In this document: piece by piece, positions 1-13,316 of the stretch | Layout: each line of letters begins with the position of its first letter | Numbering within the stretch: position 1 is the first letter of the stretch | NCBI GenBank assembly: GCA_024679065.1 | Contig: JAGIQG010000043.1 | Location: 744,001-808,000, forward strand | Reading direction: 5' to 3' | DNA from: Sphyrna mokarran | Lineage: Eukaryota | Length of the DNA stretch: 64,000 bases | The notes under the pieces: model-generated | What the model was told of the DNA's origin: nothing | Seen by the model: the letters and a program-made list of their open reading frames with translations, nothing else | Databases searched by the model: none | Position numbers and translations under genes: made by a program

Positions 1-582
1 TCTGTCCTCGCAGGGTACTGCGGATTTTGCTGGCCAGTAATATGTGTCTGACTGTCAAGGTATTGAGCAGTAATATTAAAAAGAATGGCAGTATTGGGGT
101 TAAAACTGTGTCAAACCAATCAAAGGCTATCCATCCTGGCTCAACAAAATAACTTCGTTTAACAGCACAAAACCACGGCTTATTTTCAATTATCTCATAA
201 GGTTCATATATGAAATACCAAACAATGCTTTTCAAACTCAGCAGAGCGCATGTCGTTGCTATGACAAGAGACGCAGTTCTCTTTGTGCAATATTTTGTTT
301 TCTGCTTGTGGCAACAAATAGCAATGAAGCGATCAAACGAGAAACAGACTGTTAACCAAACGGAGCTGTCTCTGGAGGCACGAGTCAGAACAGCAATAAC
401 ACTGCACGCAGGAGTAAGGGAGAGTAAAGATCCAGGGTTAAATTCATAACCTATCCGAAATAGTATGACCTCTGTGAGAATAACCAGCAAATCGGTCACG
501 ACCATTGCCAGCATGTAGCTCGTGATACATTTGGATAGACCACACTTTTCTCGAGTCAGCGTCACAATCGCAATGAAGTTAA
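1..582 (-). CDS. GPR139/GPR142-like class A GPCR, paralogue A, coding exon 2 (TM1-TM5/ICL3; continues beyond left edge)
   Basis: Acceptor ttctttttatag at 583-584 in phase 1. Open frame VNFIAIVTLTREKCGLSKCITSYMLAMVVTDLL...SVWLTVCFSFDRFIAICC...LLLNTLTVRHILLASKIRSTLRGQ. About 96% identical to 22979-23560. Confidence 0.9.
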
Positions 583-954
583 CTATAAAAAGAAAGAAAA
601 AAAGAGGAAAAAGTTAGTGAATGTGGAAAGAGGTTGAAAGTTATTCTCACTCTCGTATATAATTTTAAACAATTCTATCGGTAAACATTGCATTGGAAAT
701 ATAATAATTGCCAGCATGACAGCATGCCGTGGTGTCAGCGTAATGCCAATCGACAATGGGAATTTCAGACCTGTGACACACACCGTGAGAAAAAAAACAT
801 TGTTCTCTCAGTTGGGAGGTCTTTAGTTAATCGCCATCATTGTGAGTGTACCCTCCCTATTCCCGAATGATATCCAGATTGCCTCGTATTATGAGCACTC
901 CGAGATTTCCTCTCGAAATATAGCTATGATATTCTGGTTAACCAGTAGTGGAAC

Positions 955-3070
955 ATTCTCCCCCCACTTTTTTTTTAATTCCTTTCTAATCTGCCTGAAA
1001 CATCTGTACTCTGGAAAATTAAGCTACCAATCATCTCTTTTGCTTAACCAAGTCTCTGTAGTGGCGTCAAGATCATAATTCCAAGTGTTAATCCAAGCGC
1101 CAAGGTGACCTGCCTTACCTGTTACAGTTACATTGAACATTACAAAACAGTACAGGACGTTCAGTCCTCAGTGTTGTGCCCAGATATGTCAAATCACAAG
1201 ATCAAGTTATCCCCTCCCTATAATTGTGGAGTGCTCCATGTGCCTATCCAATAACCGCTTGAAAGTTTCCAATTTTCACCACTATCACAGCAAGCTGTTT
1301 ATTCCACAGCCAAAACACTCTCTGAGTAAAGAATCTACCTCTGGCATTCCTCCTTTAACTCCCACCGAGAAATTTATAGTTATGCCCCCTAGTAATAGCC
1401 ACACACATCGGAGGAAATCGTCTCCACATGTCCATTCTATCAATCATCTCACCATCATATAAACCTCTATTAGTTCATTTCTCGTACTCCTCTGCGCCAA
1501 AGAGAAAACACTCAGCTCGCTGAGATTATGGGCAGCACGGTAGCACAGTGGTTAGCACTGCTGCTTCACAGCGCTAGGTTGCTCGGTTCGATTCCTGGCT
1601 CGGGTGACTGTCTGTGTGGAGTTTGCATATTCTCCATGTGTCTGCATGGGTTTCCTCCGGATGCTCCAGTTTCTTTTCAAAGATATGCGGATTAAGTTGA
1701 TTGGCCGTGCTAAAATTATCCCGCAGTGTCTTGGGATGTGTAGGTTAGAGGGATTAGCCGGTAAATGTATGGGAATCGGGCCTGCCTGGGATTGTAGTTG
1801 ACACAGACTCGATGGACTGAAGGGCCTGCTTTTGCATTGTAGTTTTCTATTTTCTTTCCTCATATGACCTGTCCTCCAAACCAGGCAGTATCCTGATAAA
1901 TCTCCAATGCTTCTTTTCTTTTAATATAATGAGATGATCAGAACTAAACACAATATTCCAAATGTGGTCTCACCAACGTCCCGTATAGTTGCAGCGTAAC
2001 CTCACGGCTCTTAAACTCAAACCCGCTGTTAGTAAAGGCTAACACACACTATAAGCTTTTTTTCACGGCTCTGTCCACGTGAGTGGCAACTTCAGAGATT
2101 TGTGGGTATGGAACGCAAAATCTCTCTGTTCCTCCACATTCCTTAGAACCTTGCCGTTGACCCTGTAATCTGCATTCAAATGTGTCCTACCAAAATCAAT
2201 CACCCCACACTTATCTGGGTTCAACTCCATTTGCCACTTTTCATCCCAGCTCTGCAGCCTATTAATGTCCCTTTACAGCCTGCAAGAGCTCTCCACCTCA
2301 TTCACTACTCGACCAATCTTGGTGTCATCAGCAAATTTACTAACCCACCTTTCAGCCCCGTTTTCCAAGTCATTGATACGAATCGCAAAAAAAACAGAAG
2401 AAATCCCAGCACTGACCCCTGTAGTACACGGCTGGTAACTATTTTGAAAAAGAACATGCACTTCAGCACACCAAACCACCTTTGGTCAGTAACCGCATCC
2501 TGGTTGATCTTCCTTTGAGTGCTACTGGCCCCAATATCTATTTCCTCTTTAGTTATCCATTGCATTGCTTTACACCCCATTGTCAAACTAGTTAAATCCT
2601 CCCTTGTTATACAAACAAACTATGTGGCTAGAATATTTATGCCCCTCCAGTTTAGACACAACCCATATATCTTGTACAGGTCCCAACTGGCCAGGAAGAG
2701 TTCCCAATGGTCCACATATCTGAATACTGCCTCGCTACGCCAACTGTTTAGCAATGTGTTGAGCTGTGCAATTTCCAATCTTTACTCTCACTGGCACGTT
2801 GTAGACGGAGTAATTTTGATAATACAATACTAGAGGTCCTACTTTTTTCAATTTCCACCTAAATCTCTAAACTGCTGCGGCAGTATCTCATCACTGTTCT
2901 ACCTATGTTCTTCATACCAATATGTACCACGACGTCTGGTTGCTCATTTTCTGCCTTCAGAATGTTTTCTGCACGTTTAGAAGTACCGTGGATTATAGCA
3001 CCAGCGAGACAACATACTATCCTGGAGTCTCTTTCATGTCCACAGAAGCACCGACCTGTACTCCTAATTA
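955..3070 (-). mobile_element. Old nested CR1 fragments (EN, RT and ORF1 remnants) in the intron of GPCR copy A
   Basis: Degenerate [16 protein letters not shown] and ORF1 VCCLAGA...VVVHIG remnants. Shared with copy B, so they predate the duplication. Confidence 0.8.
1529..1855 (+). mobile_element. HE1-like tRNA-derived V-SINE
   Basis: A box (gtagcacagtgg), B box (ggttcgattcc), V-domain (gtgtggagtttgca...tttcctccgg), LINE-derived tail gaagggcctg. Confidence 0.85.
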
Positions 3071-4381
3071 TACTGCTTTCCATATAAATATTGCTCTATT
3101 ATTTAACATTTTTCCCTATTGTCATAAAAATACGAGTGCGTAAAAAGATTGAAAATCAGCCAAAGAGGAAACAACAGTACCGATAAAACTGCAGAAGGTT
3201 TATTAGAACAAGATTGGGTGTGAACATAAACTACAGGTGTAGCTGCATTTCAGATTAGCGATAGTACAGAAGCTCGTTTGTGAACTAGATATAGGAACAA
3301 ACATCAGGAGAGGAGAAACAGTAGTTGGAGAAATATGGAGGGCAGAAAGACCTGGGTTGTACATGGGAAAAGGCTTTGTTAGAAATACACATAGAGTACC
3401 TCACACAGGAAGAGATAAAATAATCAGGTTAATTAGAGAATGCTGATATTGGAAAGCTTTGGGAGAAGATGTAGCGGATTTCGATGCTACTAGACTACAA
3501 AGTGATACAGATATTGGAAGTCAATGGGAAAAGGTTTGGCAAATTGACAGTAATGTGGAAATTGTGAAATTGCTCTTCTGTGGGAAGTCAAAAAAATAAG
3601 CATTTTATTCACATGATACGTCATTTCAGAGCTCAGAGACGCGGCAGCGTGTACTAGTGCATGAACACAAATTTGTAGTTTGCAGGTACAACAAGTGCTT
3701 GGGAAAGTTAATGCAATGCTATCGTTTAGTGTGAGGGGAATTGAACACGACCATCAGGGTGTGATTTTCCCATCTGTGAGACAACATCTAGAGTGCTGCG
3801 TGTGGAAGTCATCTTCTTATTGAACGATGAATGTGAATGTGCAGGAGGAAATTTAAAGTTTATTCAGTTAAATCCTGGAATGGTTGTCTTTGACTGAGTT
3901 TTAAACAACCTCGCCCTGTATCCACTGGAACTTAGGAATAATTAGAGATGTCGTGAATGAAACAGTTATGAGTCCCAGGAATCGCAACAGTTTTCAATTG
4001 GAAATGATAGTTCCTCTTGAGTGTGAACCTCTAGTTATTTGTTGTTGTTTACTCGGAAATGGTAGAACATTTATGATCGAGTTCAGGAAACACTTCATTC
4101 ATTAAACATTGTTCTATGTCTCTGAGGCAATAATATTTCAAACTCATAAACGTCTTTCCCAATTCATTTACAACTGTGTCTAAACTTGGAATATTCTTAA
4201 CAGCTAAATTTTCATCGTAAATGGAAAGATTGAAACAGCAAAGTAAACAAAAACCAAGGTTTAAGAAAGTGCATATTTCAGCTGGTCGATAAGTATAGGA
4301 ATTCTAGTGAAAACTAAGGGATAGAAGGACCACAATGATACAGCACACTTATATATAATTACTAAATGATTAAATACTCAC

Positions 4382-4451
4382 CAGGAACTCCAACTGCTGC
4401 GAGTGTTGGATAGTAAAAATACTCTATTGGAAGAATGAATAAATATTCCAT
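4382..4451 (-). CDS. GPR139-like paralogue A, coding exon 1 (MEYLFILPIEYFYYPTLAAVGVP)
   Basis: ATG at 4451, 70 nt, CCT G|GTGAGT donor. Phase 1 joins exon 2 in frame to give the TM1 motif GVPVN. Confidence 0.88.
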
Positions 4452-6296
4452 GACTGAGAAATAGTGTCATGTATCCACCTGAATCGACAGCTCCAGTCAA
4501 CACTCAATGTTTTTGTTGGAAGGAAGGCTGAATTTATTAGATCCATGTCACTATTGGGAATATTATACCCCAGATGATTATTATTGCAATCAGTCATGCG
4601 AACAAACATGTTACACCTGTGCAGTTGACTCCGAAAAAAAAGTGATCTATAATATAACCTTCAAAAACAAGATGTCAGTATTCAATCATTTAGCTGGAAT
4701 CTTGACAAAATCAGAATCAAGAATTCAACCAACAATTATCAGAAAATCATTTTAAGTTTCCCTTGAGAAAACCTCTTCAAAACTTCCCCTTTATTTCCAT
4801 ATACCGTTACTTGAGTCAGCAAATATGTGTTGTACCAAAAGCACAGGCAGCTCTGTTTCACAGTTCATGAGTCACTTTATTTTTCATACGTTTTTTCGAG
4901 GATCATTACAGATCACATTCATGAATGCAGTGTGGACTTTTGTTGAAGTGATGTGCGGCACTGTGCATTTTGATAACTCCTTCTGTATCATTGCATCAGG
5001 GACCAGATTTAAAATTAAGTTTGGGTCACTTTCTTTCTGGTGTGTGCACGTTCTTCGCGAATTCTTAATTACGGATTTATTACAAATTGATACACATTTA
5101 ACAATCTGCCGTGGTGGGATACGTGCCCTGCTCTCCATTAGCTGACTTGCTGAAGGCTGAGTCTAGCTCTAATTCAACTAAGCTTCGGAATCAAGGTGCG
5201 AACATTTACTCGGAATTTAAAAATAAAACAGCATTAAAAGTGCACTGTGGTAAAGAAAATAATTGGAAACTGTGGAAATTGCCACAGTTCTGAGCTTCGT
5301 GTCTGTAAAATCTATTTACCGGTCAGTAAAATCAGACGGTAACATGGATTGCAGATGATGTTATTTTCAGGATTAAATATACTCGTGTCCAATAGCAGGG
5401 TACATCCAATTAAGGCTCTGGACGCATTTAATCGTATAGATTTCATTTTCATAAAGCCGACATCCCAGCCAGTTGCTAACATTCCTTGTTAGTCCTTAAG
5501 CCCACCTCCAAAGCACACAGACGCACAAATTAAAATGTGTCTGTAAATTAGTTGAAGAGCCAACGGAAACATCTGTGTTCTAAACTCTTATAGAAACCGG
5601 AATCATACAGCTTACATCTGGTGTTCAAAATCTTTGTTTTAACGTTGCGGTAACTCGGGCACAGCTACATTTTGAACTATTCCATGCACAATTACAGTGG
5701 AAAATGCAAAATCGATTTTTAAAAGCCGCAATGAAAAATTAGAAGCACGGAGCGGTGAAATTGTACTGCATGCGATATTCCATCTTCCAATGGCCGACAT
5801 TAAGAGAACGTTCATGTTCCACTTGGTCTCCATCATAATACAGAGCCTCAATCCGCTTGAGCTTGCAGAACGTAGAACGTTTCCACAAAACTGGAAATAC
5901 AGGAAACACGCAGCGAGTTATCTCTCTCTCTCTTTCTTTTCTCTCGAATTAGAGTTTTGGATTCTCCTTAAAGGCCAGCCGAGCGTAACGTGTCTATGAA
6001 TGAAAAATGAACTGTCAGCAGAATCCAACCAATTATTATAGAGATACCTGAGACCATTCAGGCCTTTCACCTCTTCCACCTATGCACCGACTCTACTCAA
6101 TCGATTCATTGTTTCAAGGTAGCTCAACTCACAGTCACCCACCAATGGTGCTTAATCCTAATTAAGGATTGTTATATTAAATTATTCCGGAATATAAATC
6201 TAACTGCCACAGTTTTGAGAATTCCAATTGCGTAGTTCTCTATATAGCTTTATAGCGGACAGAATTCCGCCCAGCGCTCGTTGAAGAAAAGTTTTG

Positions 6297-7272
6297 ATTT
6301 GATTTGATTTGATTTATTATTGTCGCATGTGTTACAACGCAGTATTATTTCCTGCCCAGCATGCAGACAAAGTGTACCCGTGCATGGAGAATGAAAGGAG
6401 AGGGTGCAGATTATAGTGTTACAGTGATAGCTAAGGGACAGGAAAAGATCACCTGAATATATGTTAGGTCAATTCTAACGTCTGAGGATAGTAGGAAGAA
6501 GCTATCCTTGCGTGGGTTGGTGCATGACTTCAGAATTCTGAATCTTTTTTCCCGAAAGAAGAAAGTGGAAAATCGCACATCCAGGAGTTCTTGATTATGG
6601 TAGCTCTTTTTACATAGAAGCATAGAAGAAATCAGCAGGAGGAGGTAAGTTGGCCCTTCGAATCTGCTCCACCATTTATTGTGAACATGACTGATCGTCG
6701 AACACAATCGTCTAATCCTGCTTTCTCTCCATAAGCTTCTCCCCCAAATGCCATATCTAGCCGCCTGTTGAATGCATTCAATGTTTTGGCATCAACTACT
6801 TCCTGTGGTAATGAATTCCAAAGGTTCACCACACTTTGGATGCAGAAATGTCTACTCACCTCTGCGCTAAATGGTCCACCCAGGAACCACAAACTCCACC
6901 CATGGTTCCGCACGGCCCCACTATTTGAAACATCCTCACTGCATCTACCCTGTTTATTCTTATTAGGGTTCTGTAAGTCTATATGAAATGCCCGTCATTC
7001 GTCTGAACTCTAGTGAAAAAAATCCGAAACTATTCAATCGCTCCTCACACATCAATCCCGCATTCCCGAAATACGCCTGATAAACTTTCGCTGCACTCCC
7101 TCAACACAAGTGCAATTTGCCAAAGTGGAATGTCTCCTGCTCTATCCAGGACCAAAAGAACAGGTCGAGTCCCACCCCTCAAACCAGCCTTCCATCCATT
7201 GATGTCGTCTGCACTTTCCATTGTCCTCGAAAAACAGCCAGCATAATTAAGGACCCCACACGCCGTGGACAC
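6297..7272. mobile_element. Rex1/Babar-like LINE 3' ends flanking an old CR1 3' end (6610-7130, minus)
   Basis: (TTGAT)n-ttattattgtcgcatg tail also seen at 38700, 51850 and 54385. The CR1 part encodes F..VVNLWNSLP. Confidence 0.6.
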
Positions 7273-7894
7273 AAGTAAGGCTTAGATTAACACTTTAATG
7301 AAGTTACTGCGAAATTCCCCAGAAAACCGACTAGTGCCACTTATGCTTAAAAATTAACTTGGTTGTTGCGATTTTCATTGTCTCACCTGTCAAATACTCA
7401 CCATGAGCTCACATGGAAAATGAATATCAGGGATACCGATTGCTGGGACATATTGCAGAGGTGAGTTTCCACTCACCACAGTTTATTGATTGTGTGGCCA
7501 AAGACTAATCTGGATCTCAGCCCCAGTAAATTGTTGCACACTAAGATTGGGCGGACACTATGACAAGAGGAAATGGAAAATATGACACAGTGATGGTGAC
7601 ATTGCGCTGCTGACTAGTAGATGCATTTGATGCACTGTAGATGTACGTGTCACAGTGGTCAAGTGATAGAACGTCAATACAGAGCTTGACTGGCTTGTCG
7701 TTCCTAGGTGACCACAAGTTAATGATTGTGCGGATATGTGGTGAATATTTAAATTACAGTTTAATTTATTCTCGATACCGCGGCTTAATTGAGAAAGATG
7801 TGGACAGCGATCTCACTGAAACTTATAGAGCACTGAGAAGCCTAGGTAGAGAGGCCGTGGAAAAAGATCTTAAAATAGAATGAAATAGAATCAA

Positions 7895-8190
7895 CATAGC
7901 GTGAAAGGAGGCCATTTGGCCCATCAAGGCTGCACTAACAATAACCCCATCCAGGCGATATCCGCGCAACACCACCTTACACTCGGAACCCCCTGACACT
8001 TAGATACAAATTAGCACGGGCAGTCTAAATAACTCATACATTTTTAGAGTGTAGGAGGAAAACAAGCACCGACAGGAATCACATGCAGGCACGAAGAGAA
8101 TGTGCAAGCTCCACACAGTCACACAAGGCCGGAACTGAACCAGAGTCGCTAACACTATGAGGCAATAGTGCTAACCCCACTGCGCCACCG
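7895..8190 (-). mobile_element. Diverged HE1-like SINE
   Basis: Reverse complement of the tRNA head and V-domain. Confidence 0.7.
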
Positions 8191-8199
8191 TCCATTCGT

Positions 8200-9010
8200 A
8201 CGAGAGACAAGATTCCGAGTTCACAGGCTCAGAGTAACGGGATAAGAACACAATCCTTCAGCCAGAGAATCGTTAATCTGTGGAATTCATTGCCACAGAA
8301 GGCCATGGGGTCAATTCATTGAGTATATTTAAGACAAAGATAGACAGATTCTTGATTTGGAAGCAGTTCAAAGGTTTTGGTGGACAAGGAGAAAGGATGG
8401 TATTGAGAAACAAATTAGCCATGATAGAATGGCAGTGCAGACTCGAAGGACAGAATGACATAATTATGTTGCTTTAACATATGGCTTTATGGCTCGGCCA
8501 GCATTTATTAACCATCTCTATGAGCTGATTGATTGATGATGTTGAGATGTCGTCTTAGAATATACAGCATATCTCGTAAAATTATACAGTCCTGGAACAG
8601 GCTCTTTAATCTTCGAGGTTATGTTGAACATGGCACCAAATTGAACCACTCACTTCTGCCTGGCTTTGGAACATATCACTCTATTCCTTGCAGATTCAGG
8701 CCCTTATATAAAAGTCCCTTAAATGCTCCTACCTGCAGGTTTAAGGTGCTGGGCAGCAAGTACAGAGGAGACCTTAGAGATAAGTTTTTCACTCAGAAGG
8801 TGGTGAGTGAATGGAATCAGCTGCTATCAGTGGTGGTAGAGGCGAACTCGCTGGGGTATTTTAAGAGATTTCTGGATGAGTACATGGAATTTAATAGGAT
8901 TGGAAGTTGCAGATAGTTTTATGGCCTGATAGGCATAGATGCTATCGGCACAACTTGTGGGCCAAAGGACCTGTTTGTACTGTAGTGTTCTATATTCGAT
9001 GTATGTTCAA
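8200..9010 (+). mobile_element. Two short CR1 3' fragments (about 8200-8490 and 8735-9010)
   Basis: FFTQ.VVSEWN ORF2 C-terminus and gggccaaaggacctg tail. Confidence 0.7.
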
Positions 9011-9689
9011 TGTATCGCGTATGCCTCCAAAGACATGTCATAGATCGCGTTCCAGTTACAATTTTCTATGTAAAAAAAGTGTCCCCACATTCCTTTAAAC
9101 TTACCTCCTCTCACCTTAAGTGAGTATTATTAGTATTAGTAGAAATATTAGTATTTAATATTTGAAATCTGAGGGAAAAATTGTTTGCCAACACTATGAT
9201 TACAATAATTTTACAGACTTCTATCAAGGCTTCCCTCAGAGTTTACTGCTTCAGAGCAAACAATTTCTGCACCTTTTCTGTGGCAGTCCATATGCTACAC
9301 CAACAGCGCTAAATAAGGAGCAAGGTCCACCATTTTTAATCCACTGTAGCAAAGGAACGACGATAATTTTCCCCATGTGTCTGCTCTGTCAGTCCTTCTA
9401 GACGAAAAAGATGTGTATTTGTAGAGTAAATGACAGGGATATAGAACGTAATTATACAGTTAATAGCGATTCAATGACAAAGAATTTATTTCAGGTTCTG
9501 TCCCCTCCATATGCCTGTTAACTTATGTTTACCAAGGCAAATCCATCTACCTAATTCATGGAACACACAGATCTTTGAACTCTAAAAGTTAGTTTAAGAT
9601 AGCTGATCCCCACAATTTGCAACGTTTTGGGCAATAAGGGCAACTTAACATGTCCTATCAGCCAAACCTGCACATCTCTGAGCACGAAA

Positions 9690-11613
9690 AGGTTCAGAGA
9701 GCTAGGGGATGTTAAGGATCTAGAGGCGTGTAAGACTTGTAGGAGGGAGCTTAAAAAGGAAATTAGAAGAGTCAGATGGGGTCACGAGAAGTGTTCGGCG
9801 TGTAGGATTAAGGAGAATCGCAAGGCGTTCTACAAATATGTGGAAAGTAAAAGGATGAGAAGTGAAGGGATAGGGTGTATAAAGTATAAAACGGGAAAAG
9901 CCTGTTTGGAACCAGAAGAAATGGCAGCGGTGCTTAATAATTACTTTGCCTCGGTATTTACAGTGGAAAGTGATCTGGAAGGTTGTACTGCAGGTTTGCA
10001 ACAAACTGAAACGATTGAGTATGTGGACATTAAGAAAGAGGATGTGTTGGAACTGTTAAATTCCATCAAGGTAGATAGGTCGCTGGGACCGGATAGGATG
10101 TACCCCAGGTTAAAGAGGTGAGGGAAGTGATTGCAGAGCTCTTGGCGTGATCTTTGCGTTGTCGATGGAGACGGGAGAGGTTCTGGAAGATTGGAGGATT
10201 GCGGATGTGGTGCCTATTTTCAAGAAAGAGAACAGGGATAGCCCGGGTAATTACCGACCAGTGAGTCTGACCTCAGTGGTTGGTAAGTTGATGGAGAGGA
10301 GTCAGAGAGACAGGACTTATGAGCATTTAGAGAAGTTCAATATGATCAGAAATATACAACACGGCTTTGTTAAGGGCAGGTCGTGCCTTCCAAGCCAGTT
10401 GACTTCTTCGAAAATGTAACTGAACACATTAACGAAGGAAGATCAGTAGATGTGGTTTACATGGATTTCAGCAAGGCGTTTGATAAGGTCCCCCATGCAA
10501 GACATCTTGAGAAGATGAGGGGACATGGGATCCAAGGGGCTTTTGCCTTGTGGATCCAGAACTGGCTTGCCTGCAGAAGGCAGAGTATGGTTGTGGATGG
10601 GTCTTCTTCTGCATGGAGGTCAGCCACCAGTAGACTGCCTTAGAGATGTATTCTAGGACCCTTGCTGTTTGTCATTTTCATAAATTACATGAATGGGCAA
10701 GTGGAGGTGTGGTTAGTAAGTTCGCCGACGATATGAAGGTTGGTGGTCTTGTGGATAGTCTGGACGGATGTCTGAAGTTTCAGCGAAACATAGATAGGAT
10801 GCAAGTTTGGGCAGAGAAGTGGCAGATGGACTTCAACGCGGATAAATGTGCAGTGGTCCATTTTGGCAGGACCAATGGGATGAAGGAGTATAATATCAAG
10901 GCTAGGAATCTTAGCAGTGTTGAGAATCAGAAAGGTCTTGGGGTCCGGGTCCATAGGATTCTTAAATCGACCTCGCAGGTGGAGGATGTGGTCAAGAATA
11001 AGTATGGTGTACTGGACTTCATTAATCGAGGGATTGACTTTAATCGTCGGGATATAATGCTGCAACATTATAGGACCCTTGTCAGACCCCACTTGGAGCA
11101 CTTTGTGCATTTTTGGTCGCCTCACTACAGGAAGGACGTGGAAGCTATTGAGAGGGTATAGTGGAGATTTACAAGGATGTTGCCTGGATTGGGGGGGCAT
11201 GCCTTATGAAAATAGGTTGAGGGAGCTTTTCTCCCTGGAGAGACGAAGGTTGAGAGGCGACCTGATAGAAGTTTATAAGATGTTGAGAGGAATAGACAGG
11301 GTGGATTCTCGGAGACTATTTCCCAGGGCTGAAATGGTCGCTACGAGAGGACACAGGTTTAAGGTGTTGGGGGCAAGTGAAGAGGACATGTTAGAGGTAA
11401 GTTTTTCACTCAGAGGGTGATGAGTGAATGGGATCGGCTGCCGTCAGTCGTGGTAGAGGAGAACTCGCTGGGGTATTTTAAGAGACATCTGGATGAGAAC
11501 AGGAGATTGGGAATTACAGATATTTCTATGGCCTAGTAGGTATTGATATGATTGGCACAACCTGTGGGCCCAAGGGCCTGTTTGTGTTGTATGTTCTATG
11601 TTCCATGTTCTAT
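9690..11613 (+). mobile_element. 5'-truncated CR1 LINE (RT region, frameshifted)
   Basis: [24 protein letters not shown] and FADD motifs; (gttctat)n tail at about 11590-11613. Confidence 0.92.
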
Positions 11614-12264
11614 GAAGAACGTGGGGGATGTGTAGATAAGGAGCCTTGAAGCCTTCTTTTTTTGAGTGATAACTCGAAAGAGACAACCATCACAAGCCAT
11701 GCACCCTGAAAAATACCACGAATCAGAAGACAATATATTTTTCATCGAGCGCCTTTCTTGCCAATGTATTGACTAAATCGGCAGTATACATCCTGAAATA
11801 AATAATTAAAGTTAATGTTCGGTTGAAGTTGATGTGCCGTTAAGAATTAAAGTTTAATTGAGGTGCAATTCAGTTAGAGTTAAAGATCAGCAATTAATTA
11901 ATGAGTTGCAACTGTTTTTGCTTGATATGGCACCAGAAAGTATGAAATAAACAAATAGTTGAAGAACTCTCCTTGCTTATCTCACTAAACTAGAATGCCT
12001 CAAAAGTATGGAGCTATTTTTGGTAATATTACTCCCATTAGGTTCTGTGTTAGTCAATGACTGCCAGAGAGAATAGTCGGCAATAGGTTGAAATATCACA
12101 AAGACAAGAATCAACGTTAAATTTAACAGATGCACTGCAAGACATTTATGGTGAAGATTAAAAAAAAAATCAACTGCTATCAATCTACTACCTGAAAAAA
12201 ATGGAGAACTTTGGAAAACGTTTAGCTACTGACTGTCAAGTGTTTTTTATTAAAGTGAGTCAAA

Positions 12265-13316
12265 CTGACAGAACGATGTTGAACTTGTATAAAACGTTGG
12301 TTAGACCTCATTTGGAATACTGCGTCCAGTTCTGGTTGCCCTACTACCGGAAGGACGTGGAGACTCTGGAGAGAGTGCGGAGGAGGTTTACCAGGATGCT
12401 TCAAGCTATGGAAGCTCTGAGTTACGAGGAGAGGTTAGGCAAATTGGGTCTGCTTTCCTTAGAAAGACGTAGACTTAGAGGAGAACTAATAGAGGTGTAC
12501 AAGATTATGAGGGGTATAGATAGAGTAAACAGGGTTAAGCTTTTTCCTAGGACAGACTCGAATAGCACGAGGGGTCACGGGCTTAGGGTGAGGGGGGTAA
12601 GGTATAATTTGGATGCTAGAGGGAGTTTTTCTCACACAAAGGGTGGTGGGGATATGCAACGCGCTGCCAAGCAATGTGGTGGAGTCAGGTACTCTGGAGA
12701 TATTTAACAAATACTTAGATGGGCACATGAACAGAATGGGAATGGAGGGGCATAGAAAACTGATATAAAATAGGGACCATGAGCCTTAGGAGTCCCTGGG
12801 AAGTGTGTAAATAGATGATGATATTGATGAACTTGTTTTTATCCTACAGGTGCTTTGGTCCACCTTGTTGTCTAACGAGGGGCATACACGCGATGGGTCG
12901 TGAGAGGGCTGCTCTTGGATTCTTTTTTTTTCGAGATTATCCTAGTGCTTCACGTCGTTAGTGTACGCTTGACCTGGACCATTTGATGGGCAACACGACA
13001 GCTCAGTGACTATCGCTGTGGTGTGCAGATACACGAATTTGGGCCTGTGTCTGTGGGAGTTTGCGCATTCTCCCCGTGCTTGCGTGGGTTTTCTCCGGGT
13101 GGTCCGGTTTCCCCCCACATTCCAAAGATGTGTCTTAGGCTAATTGGCAAAACAAATTCTGCCTAAATTGTCTCAAATTTGGTTTTTAATCCATAGATCT
13201 ATGTACATGAATAGGGATCGTGGGTAGAGGTGGGAACATTAGGGTGGCGGCGCGAGCTCGTTGGGCCAAAGGGCCTGTTTCCCGTGCTGTTTTGCTCTTT
13301 GTTCTTTGTTCTTTGA
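12265..13316 (+). mobile_element. CR1 3' end whose 3' UTR contains a V-SINE (composite family)
   Basis: ORF2 C-terminus, then about 200 bp of unique UTR, then a degenerate HE1 head, V-domain and (TTCTTTG)n tail. Related copies at 15505-15791, 21585-22240, 25968-26690 and 61790-62487. Confidence 0.85.

Larger units (their letters stand above)
1..7272. repeat. Segmental (tandem) duplication, copy A
   Basis: Colinear with 22979-39878 through exon 2, intron, exon 1 and about 2.8 kb upstream. Homology ends near ataattaaggaccccacacgcc. Confidence 0.92.

Noticed and set aside
1529-1600. tRNA-like A/B boxes as tRNA genes
   Set aside because: They are SINE heads that continue into the V-domain and LINE-type tail.
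9250-9376. Minus-strand MGKIIVVPLLQWIKNGGPCSLFSAVGVA, faintly like GPCR exon 1
   Set aside because: It lacks the YYP motif and the G|GTGAGT donor, and has no exon 2 partner.
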